Shown piece by piece: positions 9,099 through 19,740 of a DNA stretch of 64,000 nucleotides. A program made the position numbers and the translations under genes. This stretch comes from Bacilli bacterium (lineage in GTDB: Bacteria; Bacillota_I; Bacilli_A; RFN20; CAG-826). How positions within the stretch are numbered: the first letter of the stretch is position 1; every line of letters starts with the position of its first letter. Below the pieces are notes generated by a model, which made no database searches, was not told the origin of the DNA, and saw only the letters and a program-made list of their open reading frames with translations. The stretch covers positions 2,391 through 66,390 of the forward strand of contig JBAYBM010000002.1 in NCBI GenBank assembly GCA_041669265.1, written 5' to 3'.

Positions 9099-9629
9099 AT
9101 GAAAATACTTATTGTAAGTGATTTACATGGGTCAACTTCATCTAGTGAGAAAATCATCTCATTAGATGAAGTTTTTCATTTTAAAAAAATAATATTATTA
9201 GGTGATGTTAATTATAGTGGTGCTAGAAATGTGCCACCAGAAGATTATTTTCCAATTAATGTTACAAAGAATTTAAATAAAATTATTAAAAAGATAGTTT
9301 TTATACGTGGTAATTGTGATTCAAGAGTTGATGAATTTGTATTTAATAAGAAGTTTGCTAATAAAAAATGTGTTATTGTAGATGGTCATCATTGGTTTTT
9401 AACCCATGGTGATTTATATTTTGAAGATAATTTTGAATATAAAGATGGTGATGCTTTTATTTATGGTCATACTCATGTTTATAAACTAGAAAAGCACAAC
9501 AATCACTATTTTATAAATCCAGGAAGTTTATCACTTCCTAAGGAAAATAATCCTAAAACATATATAATATATGAAGATGGTGTATTTTCCTTATATGATA
9601 TAAACGATAAAAAAATTAAATCTCTTTAA
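9099..9629 (+). CDS. YfcE/MJ0936-family metallophosphoesterase
   Basis: Motifs DLHG, GDV, GNCD and GHTH occur in the canonical order. 176 aa. Confidence 0.8.
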   Translation: MKILIVSDLHGSTSSSEKIISLDEVFHFKKIILLGDVNYSGARNVPPEDYFPINVTKNLNKIIKKIVFIRGNCDSRVDEFVFNKKFANKKCVIVDGHHWFLTHGDLYFEDNFEYKDGDAFIYGHTHVYKLEKHNNHYFINPGSLSLPKENNPKTYIIYEDGVFSLYDINDKKIKSL

Positions 9630-9677
9630 ATTTAGAGGTTTGTTTCATATAATAAATAAAGATGGGTGGACATAGTA

Positions 9678-11366
9678 ATGGATAAAATAAAAATAATGGC
9701 CTTAGGAGGCCTAGACGAAGATGGCAAAGATCTTTATGTAATAGAGATCAATAATGATATATTTGTGTTTTGTGCGGGTTTTAAATATCCTACAAAACTT
9801 ACTCCAGGTATTGATTTTATAATAGCTGATTTTTCTTATTTAAAAGAGAATAAAGAACGCATTAAAGCTTATATTTTACCTAAAAATAAGAAGAATAGTT
9901 TTGGAGCTTTACCATATATATTTAAAGAATGCCCAGCACCTATATATAGTTGCAAATTAACTCAACTATTATTTGAGAATTTTGCTCGTACTTATCAACA
10001 AGATTGTAATTTTGATTTTAGAAACATCACATTGCCTTCAACAATAACTATTGCTGGAAGGAAATTTACTTTTTTCTCAACTTGCGCAAGTATGCCTTTA
10101 ACATTTGGCTTCTCTGTAGAAACTTCTTTAGGCAATATTGTATATAGTGGTGATTTTATTGTTGAATATAGTAATGAACGTTTCTTTACATTAGATTTAA
10201 ATACATTAGGTAAGATTGCAGAAGTTCCTACAATTGCTTTATTAAGTGAGTCAGTAAATGCTGATAAAAAAGGATATTGTTCTCCAAATCATCGTTTATT
10301 ACCTTTCTTTACAAAAGCTTTTAAAGAAGCACCTGGACGTTGTTTTGTTGCTTTAGCAAGTGATAATTTATATCACATTGATGAGTTCTTTAGAGCTTGT
10401 TATGATCAAAAGAAAAAGATTTGCTTTTATGATAAGAATTCGTTAGATATTTATAATTTAAGGTTTTATGGCGGTGATCAATATTATCCAAAAACTGAAA
10501 TTGTTCCTTTAGATGATATATTAAGAATTAAAGAAAAAGATTTAGTTATTTTAATGACTGAAGAAGACGATAGTATATATGATAAAATTTCATTACTTGC
10601 TAACCAAGAAAATGAATCAAAGCAAATTAGGATTAATTCTAATGATACTTTCGTTCTTGGAATTTCTCCAACTGATAATAATGAGGTTATTGCAACTTCT
10701 ACAATTGATGAATTATATAAAACTGGATGCAATGTGCTTTATGTTACAAAGAAAACATTAGCAAAAATGCATGCTTATGAAGAAGATTTAAAAATGTTAT
10801 TAAGTCTATTAAAACCAAAATATTATTTCCCTATTGAAGGATATTACGTAAATCAATTACAAAATGCAAAAATGGCTTTTGATATGGGTATTGGTTTATC
10901 ACATAACAATATATTCTTGTTGGATAATGGCCAACAATTATGTATTGATAATAATGGTGCATCTGTTAATTTCAATAGCGATGGTAAAATAATTGTTGGT
11001 GATGTTATGATTGATGGAATCGGAGTTGGTGATGTTGTTAATGACATTATTACAGATAGAACAAGATTAAGTGATGATGGTGTAGTTGTTCTTGGTTCAG
11101 GTGTTAGTAAATCTTTAAGAAAGATGGTTTGTGGGCCAGATGTTCAAATGAGAGGCTTCTTATTCTTAAAAGATAAAGAAGCTGATTTGATGATTAAGGC
11201 AGTAACAAAGATGTATATTGAAGATATTCAAGCATGGCTTGAAACAACAAAAGATTTTTCAATAGAACAAATAACTGGTAAGATTACAGAAAAAATTACA
11301 AAATATATTTTCTCAATAACTGGAAGGAATCCTGTTATTAAACCTACTTTAATTGTTCTCGATTAA
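9678..11366 (+). CDS. RNase J-like protein (beta-CASP fold) lacking the catalytic metal-binding motifs
   Basis: Collinear with RNase J (MALGGLDEDGKDLYVIE ... GDF ... LLSES ... C-terminal domain). The HxHxDH position reads LPKNKKNS, and there is no His in the first ~200 aa. Confidence 0.8.
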   Translation: MDKIKIMALGGLDEDGKDLYVIEINNDIFVFCAGFKYPTKLTPGIDFIIADFSYLKENKERIKAYILPKNKKNSFGALPYIFKECPAPIYSCKLTQLLFENFARTYQQDCNFDFRNITLPSTITIAGRKFTFFSTCASMPLTFGFSVETSLGNIVYSGDFIVEYSNERFFTLDLNTLGKIAEVPTIALLSESVNADKKGYCSPNHRLLPFFTKAFKEAPGRCFVALASDNLYHIDEFFRACYDQKKKICFYDKNSLDIYNLRFYGGDQYYPKTEIVPLDDILRIKEKDLVILMTEEDDSIYDKISLLANQENESKQIRINSNDTFVLGISPTDNNEVIATSTIDELYKTGCNVLYVTKKTLAKMHAYEEDLKMLLSLLKPKYYFPIEGYYVNQLQNAKMAFDMGIGLSHNNIFLLDNGQQLCIDNNGASVNFNSDGKIIVGDVMIDGIGVGDVVNDIITDRTRLSDDGVVVLGSGVSKSLRKMVCGPDVQMRGFLFLKDKEADLMIKAVTKMYIEDIQAWLETTKDFSIEQITGKITEKITKYIFSITGRNPVIKPTLIVLD

Positions 11367-11367
11367 T

Positions 11368-11437
11368 ATTTAGTTGTTTTCTAGTAAATATTTAGTAGTA
11401 TTAATAAAAAATAAATAATTTAGTTGTATCTAGTAAA
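11368..11437. repeat. 20-21 nt direct repeat in the rnj-like/ftsK intergenic region
   Basis: 11368-11388 ATTTAGTTGTTTTCTAGTAAA and 11418-11437 ATTTAGTTGTATCTAGTAAA. The second copy overlaps a weak hairpin, AGTTGTA (11422-11428) with TACAACT (11443-11449), followed by TTTT. Confidence 0.4.
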
Positions 11438-11466
11438 AAAGGTACAACTTTTATATAATAAAAGTT

Positions 11467-14169
11467 ATGAAATTCAAAAAATGGTTAGATAGAATAACTA
11501 GCGATAGTTACGGTGTAAAAGCAGTATTTGGTGTAATGATATGTTTAATTTCCTTAATTGGAGCCTTAAGAACAGGTCCAGTTTCGGAATTTCTTACTTG
11601 GATTATTTCGTTTTTCTTTGGTTGGTTTTTCTATGTTTTCTATTTTGTTACGTTTTTAATCGGATTAAATTTAATTTTGTCATACAAAAAATTGCACATC
11701 AAATTTGATATTACAATTTGTGGTTTAATCATTTTGCTTGTTGGGGCTTTAATATTAGCTACCGAATCAATGACTACAATAACTACTGATGGAACTACGA
11801 CATATTTAAATTTTCAAAATTTTGCTGATAAATTTAATGCTAGTATTGATACTAGTATGTTTCCAAGTGTTAATACAAACCAAATTAGTGGTGGTCTATT
11901 AGGATTTTTATTTGTCGCAATTTTAAATAGTGGAATGACTAATTTAGGAAGCAAAATTGTTGGATCTGTTCTTTTATGTGTTGGCATTATTTTCTCGCTT
12001 ATAAAGCTTGTTATTCGTTTAATTAAACTTGCTGTAGATTACAAAAATAGCAAAATTAAGAAAGTTGAATCCGAATTTCAATCTGCTAATAGTCAAAAAC
12101 CTTATGAAACTAGTGATATGATTAATCTTACTCATACTTCAGTTGAAATTCCTACTGAAGAAATACAGGCAAATTTAGAAAAAACATCTACACAAAGTAT
12201 TGCTGTTCAAAATGCTCGTAACGGTGATCAAAATTCTAAAATAAGTAATGAAAATAATTCTGTTTTTAAAAACAGTAATTCTAAATTAAGTGTTGCACAT
12301 TTTGATCCTGAAAACGTAGTTAAACCTTCCTTAAGAAGTAAGGCTGAAAATGTTACTACCCCAATTTATATTCAAGACACAAACGATCCTACTAAAGGAT
12401 TTACTACAACTGAGATATTGATTCAAAAAGAAGATGAAGAAGTTAAAGAAGATAATGAAAAGAAAGTTTTAGAAAAAGAGGCTGCTACTCCATCTTTTAC
12501 TAAACAAGTTTCTAATAATAGAGTAGATCAGCAACAATTAGATTTGGGTCAAATAATTACCCCAGTTCAAGAAGCTATTGCTAAAACTCCTCATGAAAAT
12601 ATTGAAGGATCAGAAGTAAAAATTGTTAAAAACGGAGAAAAACCAAAACCAGTTAAATCAAAGAAATTTACTAATATTAGAGTAGAATTATTAGCTGATC
12701 ATGAAGATGCAACTAGTCTACCAGCTAATACTGCTGTTGCTGAAGCTAGAACAAAATTATTAAATAAAGTTTTAGAAGAATTTAACGTTGGAGGTCAAAT
12801 TGTTTCATATACAATTGGTCCTTCAGTTACTCAATATGATTTAAAAATGAATGAGGGATTTTCACTTAAAGGCGTTGATAAATATGTTGATGATATGTCA
12901 TCGAGAATTGGTGGACAACCTATTAGATTTGTCCCTGTTGTTCCTGGAAAAGATACATCTGGGTTTGAAATTCCAAATGCAAAATCTTCATTAGTTAATT
13001 TTAAAGATGCTATTAAATATCTAAATAAAGTTGGTGCTGGTCCACTTGATATTCCATTTGGTAAGAATGTTAGTGGAGAATTTGTTTATGGAGATTTAAG
13101 AAAATTCCCACACTTATTAGTCAGTGGAACTACTGGTAGTGGAAAATCTATTTTCATGCATTGTTTTATTATGACTTTATTAATGCGTAATAAACCTGAT
13201 GAATTAAAAATTATTTTAATTGATCCAAAGAAAGTTGAATTTAATAAATATAAAGATATTCCATTCTTGGCTTGTCCTCCAATAAATGAGAGTAATCAAG
13301 CAGTTAAGTTTTTTGAAAAGCTTGTTATTGAAATGGATAAGCGTTATGACCTTCTTGTAGAAGCGGGCTTTGAAGATGTTAAAGGTTATAATGCAGCAAT
13401 GGAAAAACAAGGGAAAGAAAAGATTCCTTATCTTGTTGTTTTAATTGATGAATACGCTGATTTAGTTAATTCTAATAAGAAGATTAGTGAATATGTTGTT
13501 CGTATTGCACAAAAAGCAAGAGCATCTGGTATTCATATGGTTATTGCAACTCAAAGACCTTCTACCGATGTTATTACTGGTGTAATTAAAGGAAATATTC
13601 CAACTGCTGTTGCATTATTATGTGCAAATGTTAACGATTCTATTACTATTTTAGGTAAAGGTGGAGCAGAGCACTTATGTGGTAATGGCGATATGCTTTT
13701 AAAATCACCATTATTTTCTAAAACAGATTTTGTTCGTATTCAAGGAATGTTTATTTCTTCAATTGAAATTAAAAATGTTTGTGATTATTTAAGAGAGAAT
13801 TATGAACCTGTTTATGTTGATGATTTCATGGATTTAGAAGATCATACCGAGATTCAAAATGCCATGGTTGATGATTCAGTTATGACAATGAAAGATAAAA
13901 ATGATGAAGTTCAATATCAAAATATTAAACAAGTAGTTATGTCTTGGGAACATTGTTCATTTTCTGCTGTTCAACGAGAATTTTCTGTTGGATTTAATAA
14001 AGCTGGAAAAATTGTAAAAAGATTAATACTTGAGGGAATTGTTGCTCCTGAATCTGATGGTCCAAATCGAGGAAATAAAGTATTAGTTAGTAATTTATCT
14101 ACTCATGGTAATTCTGGTAGTATCGAACAAACTACCCTTGATAGGTCAAAGAAAGATTTAAACAATTAG
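11467..14169 (+). CDS. ftsK: DNA translocase FtsK/SpoIIIE
   Basis: N-terminal TM segments, a long low-complexity linker, a motor domain with Walker A GTTGSGKS and Walker B LVVLIDEYADL, and a gamma-like C-terminal domain. Confidence 0.9.
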   Translation: MKFKKWLDRITSDSYGVKAVFGVMICLISLIGALRTGPVSEFLTWIISFFFGWFFYVFYFVTFLIGLNLILSYKKLHIKFDITICGLIILLVGALILATESMTTITTDGTTTYLNFQNFADKFNASIDTSMFPSVNTNQISGGLLGFLFVAILNSGMTNLGSKIVGSVLLCVGIIFSLIKLVIRLIKLAVDYKNSKIKKVESEFQSANSQKPYETSDMINLTHTSVEIPTEEIQANLEKTSTQSIAVQNARNGDQNSKISNENNSVFKNSNSKLSVAHFDPENVVKPSLRSKAENVTTPIYIQDTNDPTKGFTTTEILIQKEDEEVKEDNEKKVLEKEAATPSFTKQVSNNRVDQQQLDLGQIITPVQEAIAKTPHENIEGSEVKIVKNGEKPKPVKSKKFTNIRVELLADHEDATSLPANTAVAEARTKLLNKVLEEFNVGGQIVSYTIGPSVTQYDLKMNEGFSLKGVDKYVDDMSSRIGGQPIRFVPVVPGKDTSGFEIPNAKSSLVNFKDAIKYLNKVGAGPLDIPFGKNVSGEFVYGDLRKFPHLLVSGTTGSGKSIFMHCFIMTLLMRNKPDELKIILIDPKKVEFNKYKDIPFLACPPINESNQAVKFFEKLVIEMDKRYDLLVEAGFEDVKGYNAAMEKQGKEKIPYLVVLIDEYADLVNSNKKISEYVVRIAQKARASGIHMVIATQRPSTDVITGVIKGNIPTAVALLCANVNDSITILGKGGAEHLCGNGDMLLKSPLFSKTDFVRIQGMFISSIEIKNVCDYLRENYEPVYVDDFMDLEDHTEIQNAMVDDSVMTMKDKNDEVQYQNIKQVVMSWEHCSFSAVQREFSVGFNKAGKIVKRLILEGIVAPESDGPNRGNKVLVSNLSTHGNSGSIEQTTLDRSKKDLNN

Positions 14170-14177
14170 GTGATTTT

Positions 14178-16313
14178 ATGTTAAATTCATATTTTAATGC
14201 GAAACTTATTGATTATGATACTATTCGTGTTTTGATTTTTAGTGACATACCAAAACCAGATAATACTCCAATAAAATTAATTAAAAATGATGAAGAGGGT
14301 AAAGCCTTAAATATTGTTTCACGTAAATTTATGAGTGGAATTGAAATATATGAATGTAAATGTAAAGAAAAAATTATTTTAGGTAACGAATATTATATTT
14401 CAATAGAATCTTTTGGTATTATGCCATTAATGTTAACTGATGTAACCTCTTTTTCTGATTTTGATAAGGAATATACTTATAATAATGATGATTTAGGAAT
14501 TACATATTCAAAAGATAAAACAATATTCAAATTATGGGCTCCATTAGCTAGTAAAGTAGTATTAATGATTAAACAAAAAGGTGGTCAATTTGATACTTTT
14601 AAAATGAATCGTGCTGATAAGGGTGTTTATACTCAAGTTTTAGATGGTGATTATGAAGGATATTTATATCGTTATCAAATAACAAATAGTGGTTTAACTT
14701 TTATTACCACTGATCCATATGCAATTAGTTCAACTGGAAACGGTAAAGATAGTATTGTTGTTGATTTAAGTAAATGTAATATTGATATGCATGATGATAA
14801 TTTACCAGTCTATAAAAACTATGTTGATACAATAATATATGAATTAAGTGTTCGTGATTTTACAATTGATGAACATACTAATATTGAAAACAAAGGCAAA
14901 TATCTTGCTTTTACAGAAACAAATAAAAAAACAAATGGTGGACACGAATGTGGTATTGATTATCTTAAGAGCTTAAATATAACACATGTTCAAATAATGC
15001 CTATTTATGATTTCAAAACAATTGATGAATATAATCCTAATAAATCCTATAACTGGGGATATGATCCTCAACAATATTTTTGTCCTGAAGGAAGTTATTG
15101 TTCAAATCCTGATGACCCATATGCTCGTATTATTGAATGTAAGAAAATGATTGCTTCTTTTCATAAGGCTGGAATCAAAGTAAATATGGATGTTGTTTTT
15201 AACCATGTTTATGAATACGAAAGAAGTACGCTTGAAAGAATAGTACCAAATTACTATTTTAGAAGAAGAAGAAATGGTTCTATATCAAATGGTAGTGGTT
15301 GTGGCAATGATTTAGATTCTCAACGTCCAATGGTTAGAAACCTTATAGTTGATGCTTGTAAGTTTTGGATGGATGAATATGACATTGATGGCTATAGATT
15401 TGATTTAATGGGTATTATTGATATTGAAACAATGAATATTATTGTTGAAGAATGTAGAAAAAGAAAAAAAGACGCAATGATTTATGGAGAAGGTTGGAAC
15501 ATGAATACTGCTCTTGATGATTCTTTAAAAACTTCAATTAATAATGCTTTCAAAACTCCAGAAATTGGATTCTTTAATGATTCATTTAGAGATATTGTCA
15601 GGGGACCAAATGGTTTTGATCGCTCAAAAGAACCTGGATATATGATGGGTAATACAGATTATTTAGAAGGTTTTAAGTTTGCAATATTAGGAAGTTGCGT
15701 GGATTATTGCTTTAAACCTCGTTTTGCTAGTGCTAATCAATCTATTAATTATGTTGAATGTCACGACAATACAACCTTATATGATAAAATTAAGGGCTGT
15801 AGAAGCGATTTAACTGAAAAAAGGATATTACATATTATAAATTCAATAAATGCAACTGTGGCGCTTTCTTTTGGTGTTCCTTTCTTTCATGCTGGTCAAG
15901 AGATTGGATGCACAAAATATGGTGTAGATAATTCATATAATAAAGGTGATTTATATAATAAGTTTGATTGGAATTTATTTGATAAAAATTACAATATGGT
16001 CATTTATTTAAGATCTATATTATATTTTAGAAGATATGTTTGTCCAAAAATTAGTGATGCTAAACAAATTGGTGATGTTAATACTTTTACTAATTTAGAA
16101 GATGGTAGTTTGATGGTGGAAATTGTTGGTATAAATAGTAAATTTAAACATTTTAACTTGATTTTTAATCCCGATGATGAGGATTTTAATTATGAAATGA
16201 TTGATTATTACTTAATTTTGATTTCACCAGCAGGATACTTAAAAAATAGTTCTGTATTTACTATGCTTCCTCATATTGATGCTAATAGTGTTAATTTATT
16301 TGTGGAGAAATAA
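14178..16313 (+). CDS. pulA: type I pullulanase (GH13), probably cytoplasmic because no signal peptide is visible
   Basis: The YNWGYDP signature of type I pullulanases is present, along with GH13 regions DVVFNHV, DGYRFDLMG, YGEGW and YVECHDN. Confidence 0.85.
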   Translation: MLNSYFNAKLIDYDTIRVLIFSDIPKPDNTPIKLIKNDEEGKALNIVSRKFMSGIEIYECKCKEKIILGNEYYISIESFGIMPLMLTDVTSFSDFDKEYTYNNDDLGITYSKDKTIFKLWAPLASKVVLMIKQKGGQFDTFKMNRADKGVYTQVLDGDYEGYLYRYQITNSGLTFITTDPYAISSTGNGKDSIVVDLSKCNIDMHDDNLPVYKNYVDTIIYELSVRDFTIDEHTNIENKGKYLAFTETNKKTNGGHECGIDYLKSLNITHVQIMPIYDFKTIDEYNPNKSYNWGYDPQQYFCPEGSYCSNPDDPYARIIECKKMIASFHKAGIKVNMDVVFNHVYEYERSTLERIVPNYYFRRRRNGSISNGSGCGNDLDSQRPMVRNLIVDACKFWMDEYDIDGYRFDLMGIIDIETMNIIVEECRKRKKDAMIYGEGWNMNTALDDSLKTSINNAFKTPEIGFFNDSFRDIVRGPNGFDRSKEPGYMMGNTDYLEGFKFAILGSCVDYCFKPRFASANQSINYVECHDNTTLYDKIKGCRSDLTEKRILHIINSINATVALSFGVPFFHAGQEIGCTKYGVDNSYNKGDLYNKFDWNLFDKNYNMVIYLRSILYFRRYVCPKISDAKQIGDVNTFTNLEDGSLMVEIVGINSKFKHFNLIFNPDDEDFNYEMIDYYLILISPAGYLKNSSVFTMLPHIDANSVNLFVEK

Positions 16314-16316
16314 CAA

Positions 16317-17090
16317 ATGATTAAATATATTATTGCAATTTTTACTGTTGTGCCGATTTTATTTTTTGATTATTTTGCTTGGATATTACGATATTCACTT
16401 CATCCTAAAAAGTATCCAATAGAGGTACGTTTTGCAAAGGTTCAAAAATTAGCTAAACAAGTTCTTAAGTTTTTTAGAGTCAAAGTGAATTTAGAAACAA
16501 TGAATAAATATAATGATTTATTCATAAATTCAAAAGAAAGCCATTTGATTGTTTCAAATCATCTTAGTGATGCTGATCCTATAATTTTTATGGCATATAG
16601 TAAAAGACCAATTTCTTTTGTTGCAAAGATTGAAAGCAAAAAATTCTTATTTGTTGGAAAAATTGTTAAAATTCTTGATGGAGAATTTCTTGATAGATCT
16701 AATATAAAACAACAATTCAAAGTAATGGAAAGTATCAAGGATAAATTGACATATTATAAAGGGCTTGATTTTGTTATTTTTCCAGAAGGAACAAGAAACA
16801 AGAATCCCGATATTATTAATCTTTTAGAATTTAAAAATGGTGCGTTTCATCCTGCTGTAAAAGCAATGGCACCAATAAGTGTTTTTGCCCTTTATGGAAC
16901 GAATGATATTTTATCATTCAAATCTAAAAAACATATTAATGAAATTGAAATTAATTATATTGATACTTTTTATTACGATAGATACAAAAACTACACTACA
17001 TATCAACTTGCAGATTTGTCTTCAAAACTTATTAAAGAAGCTATTAATAACGATAGAAAATTGGATAAAAATCAAATTTCTATTAAATAA
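16317..17090 (+). CDS. plsC: 1-acyl-sn-glycerol-3-phosphate acyltransferase
   Basis: HX4D motif NHLSDADP and FPEGTR motif, with an N-terminal TM segment. Confidence 0.85.
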   Translation: MIKYIIAIFTVVPILFFDYFAWILRYSLHPKKYPIEVRFAKVQKLAKQVLKFFRVKVNLETMNKYNDLFINSKESHLIVSNHLSDADPIIFMAYSKRPISFVAKIESKKFLFVGKIVKILDGEFLDRSNIKQQFKVMESIKDKLTYYKGLDFVIFPEGTRNKNPDIINLLEFKNGAFHPAVKAMAPISVFALYGTNDILSFKSKKHINEIEINYIDTFYYDRYKNYTTYQLADLSSKLIKEAINNDRKLDKNQISIK

Positions 17091-18363
17091 TTGTTTTTCT
17101 TAATCCTTTAGGATAGTAGTTTTTTAGTGTATTATTAGTTGATTTTATGTAACCAAGATTGATATTGTTGTATGATACTATATGAAAGCCATTTGTTATG
17201 TTTTCTTTTGATATGATAACATTGCCAGATAGATATTTTTTGAAGTCTTCTACATTTAGTTTTATGCTATCTTTGCTTGATAAATAATGGGATAAATGAA
17301 AAGTTGGTATTTCGATTTTTCCTTTAATTTGTCTAACAAAAAGTTGATTGCGAATTATTGGTATATTTTTAAGGTTTAAATCTAGATTTGAGAGGTATAT
17401 ATGATCATTAACAACATATTCATTTGCGTATTTTAAGCCATATTTTTTTATTATTTTATTTGAATCAATAGTTGCATTATTGGTTGATAAAATTCCATTC
17501 TTTTTTAATAGGCATATAAATTGGCCTTCCCCTTTATATAAATTTGGAAATAAATGAATTGCTTCAGGTAATTCTATTGTTCTATAAAAAGAAGAATTAT
17601 CTTCTATATTAATTAGTGAAATGTTTGCATTTTCTTTTAATGCATTAAGTATAACTTCTTCATCTTCTTCATAACTAAAAGAACATGTTGAATACGATAA
17701 AATTCCGCCTTCTTTTAGCATTGTAATACAATATTTAATTAAGTTTTTTTGTATTTCTTGGCATTTTAGAACTTTTGCATATGACCAATCATTTTCCATT
17801 TTTTCTTCTTTTCTAAACATGGAACTACCAGAACAAGGGGCATCTAAAATTATTTTATCGAAAGTGTTAATAAATCTATCAGCAAATTTTGAGAAATCAC
17901 AGCTTGTTACTGTAATATTTCCAATCCCCATTTTTTCTATATTGCTTGATAAAATCAGTGCTCTAGAATAACTTAAATCATTTGAAATTATATTTGTTTT
18001 TGGATTTTTAAGTGATAAAAAAATTGATTTTCCTCCAGGAGCAGCACATACATCAAGAATTTTTTCATTGTTGTTTACTTCTAACAAATATGGTACTAAC
18101 ATACTGCTTGCATCCATTATATAAAAAGCGCCATTATCGAATAAATATGACTTTCCAAATTCATAATCTTTTGGTGAATAATAAAAAGCATTATTAATAA
18201 AAGGGTGTTTTATAACCTTAGGAAATTGTTTTAAAAATTCTTCGGAAGATATTTTATTTGTATTTAGAATAAGACTATTGGTTCTTTCTTCTTGTTGAGC
18301 TTTAATGAGATCTTCAATAAAATCTTTATTTAAATACTTTCTTAAATGTTCTTCGTATGTCAT
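17083..18363 (-). CDS. rRNA cytosine-C5 methyltransferase, NOL1/NOP2/Sun (RsmB/RsmF) family
   Basis: SAM site DVCAAPGGKS and catalytic motifs DAPCSGSSMFRK and YSTCS, with a C-terminal extension as in RsmF/YebU-like enzymes. Confidence 0.8.
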   Translation of the reverse strand: MTYEEHLRKYLNKDFIEDLIKAQQEERTNSLILNTNKISSEEFLKQFPKVIKHPFINNAFYYSPKDYEFGKSYLFDNGAFYIMDASSMLVPYLLEVNNNEKILDVCAAPGGKSIFLSLKNPKTNIISNDLSYSRALILSSNIEKMGIGNITVTSCDFSKFADRFINTFDKIILDAPCSGSSMFRKEEKMENDWSYAKVLKCQEIQKNLIKYCITMLKEGGILSYSTCSFSYEEDEEVILNALKENANISLINIEDNSSFYRTIELPEAIHLFPNLYKGEGQFICLLKKNGILSTNNATIDSNKIIKKYGLKYANEYVVNDHIYLSNLDLNLKNIPIIRNQLFVRQIKGKIEIPTFHLSHYLSSKDSIKLNVEDFKKYLSGNVIISKENITNGFHIVSYNNINLGYIKSTNNTLKNYYPKGLRKTII

Positions 18364-18434
18364 ATCATAATGATAGAATAAGACTATTTAATTTTCTATC
18401 TTATTTTTATATAATTAAAATAGAGGTGTGAAAT

Positions 18435-19739
18435 ATGAATATTGTTGATATAATCGAACACAAAAGAGATAAGAAGGTCTTATCAAGAGAAGAAATTAAT
18501 TATTTTATTTCTAATTATGTTAATAATGTTATTCCAGATTATCAAATGAGCGCTTTATTAATGGCTATTTATTTGAATGGAATGAATACTAAAGAGATCG
18601 CTGATTTAACTGAAGAAATGAGAGACAGCGGTCATGTCTGGGATTTAAGTGATATTCCTGGGATAAAGGTTGATAAACATTCTACTGGTGGTGTTGGTGA
18701 CAAAGTATCATTAGTTTTGGGACCAATGGTTGCTTCTCAAGGGGCAAAATTAGCTAAAATGAGTGGTAGAGGTCTAGGACATACTGGTGGAACACTCGAT
18801 AAACTCGAATCTATTCCCGGTTTTAATATATATTTAAATGAAAAAGAATTTAAAGAACAAGTATCAAAGATTGGAATGGCTATTATAGGACAAGATGCTG
18901 AAATTGATCCTGCAGATAAGAAACTTTATGCATTGAGAGATGTTACTGGAACAGTAAGTTCAATTCCGCTTATTTCTAGTTCAATTATGTCAAAAAAACT
19001 GGCTAGTGGAGCAGATAGTATATTACTTGATGTTAAATATGGAAGTGGTGCTTTTATGAAAACAGTTGATAAAGCTGTTGAATTAGCTAAAACAATGGTC
19101 GAAATAGGAAAATCATTAAATAAAGATGTTAAAGCGGAAGTAACTGATATGGACCAACCTCTTGGTTGTGCGGTTGGAAATAATCTTGAAGTGAAAGAAG
19201 TTATTGATACTTTGCATAATAAAGGGCCAAAAGATTTGACTGAATTATGCCTTTCAAGTGGATCAATTATGCTTTTACAAGCAAAAATATGTAAAGATAA
19301 AAAAACAGCCCGTGAACTCTTAAAAAAATGCTTAGAAGATGGCAGTGCATTTAATAAATTTAGAGAATTTGTTATAGCTCAAAAAGGTGATATTTCATAT
19401 ATTGATCATCCTGAAAAATTTCCAATGGCCAAAAATATTATAGATGTAGTGAGCGATTCGAACGGCTTTGTTAATAGAATTGATGCTTTAGCTATTGGTA
19501 AAAGTAGTATGGAATTAGGTGGTGGAAGAGAAAAACTCGATGATGTTATTGATATGTCTGCTGGAATCGTTTTAAACAAAAAAATAGGCGATTCTGTTAA
19601 AAAAGGTGATATTTTGTGTAAATTATATACAAATAAATCAAATTATAACGAAGTTTCAATAGTTGTAAAAAAAGCTTTTCTTATTGAAAAGCAATTAAAA
19701 GTTATTGATGAAAATTTTACCAAAAAAATAATTGAATAG
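18435..19739 (+). CDS. pdp: pyrimidine-nucleoside phosphorylase
   Basis: 434 aa with motifs KHSTGGVGDK and SGRGLGHTGGTLDKLE. Confidence 0.9.
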   Translation: MNIVDIIEHKRDKKVLSREEINYFISNYVNNVIPDYQMSALLMAIYLNGMNTKEIADLTEEMRDSGHVWDLSDIPGIKVDKHSTGGVGDKVSLVLGPMVASQGAKLAKMSGRGLGHTGGTLDKLESIPGFNIYLNEKEFKEQVSKIGMAIIGQDAEIDPADKKLYALRDVTGTVSSIPLISSSIMSKKLASGADSILLDVKYGSGAFMKTVDKAVELAKTMVEIGKSLNKDVKAEVTDMDQPLGCAVGNNLEVKEVIDTLHNKGPKDLTELCLSSGSIMLLQAKICKDKKTARELLKKCLEDGSAFNKFREFVIAQKGDISYIDHPEKFPMAKNIIDVVSDSNGFVNRIDALAIGKSSMELGGGREKLDDVIDMSAGIVLNKKIGDSVKKGDILCKLYTNKSNYNEVSIVVKKAFLIEKQLKVIDENFTKKIIE

Positions 19740-19740
19740 T

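Noticed and set aside
8825-9121. 98-aa + strand alternative-frame ORF across the pnp 3' end
   Set aside because: It is an out-of-frame reading of the low-complexity PNPase tail. The Lys/Ile/Asn-rich product has no start context.
10484-11047. Alternative-frame and antisense ORFs inside the RNase J-like gene (10484-10732, 10579-10761, 10853-11047)
   Set aside because: They overlap one another and the full-length collinear RNase J frame. They have no independent support.
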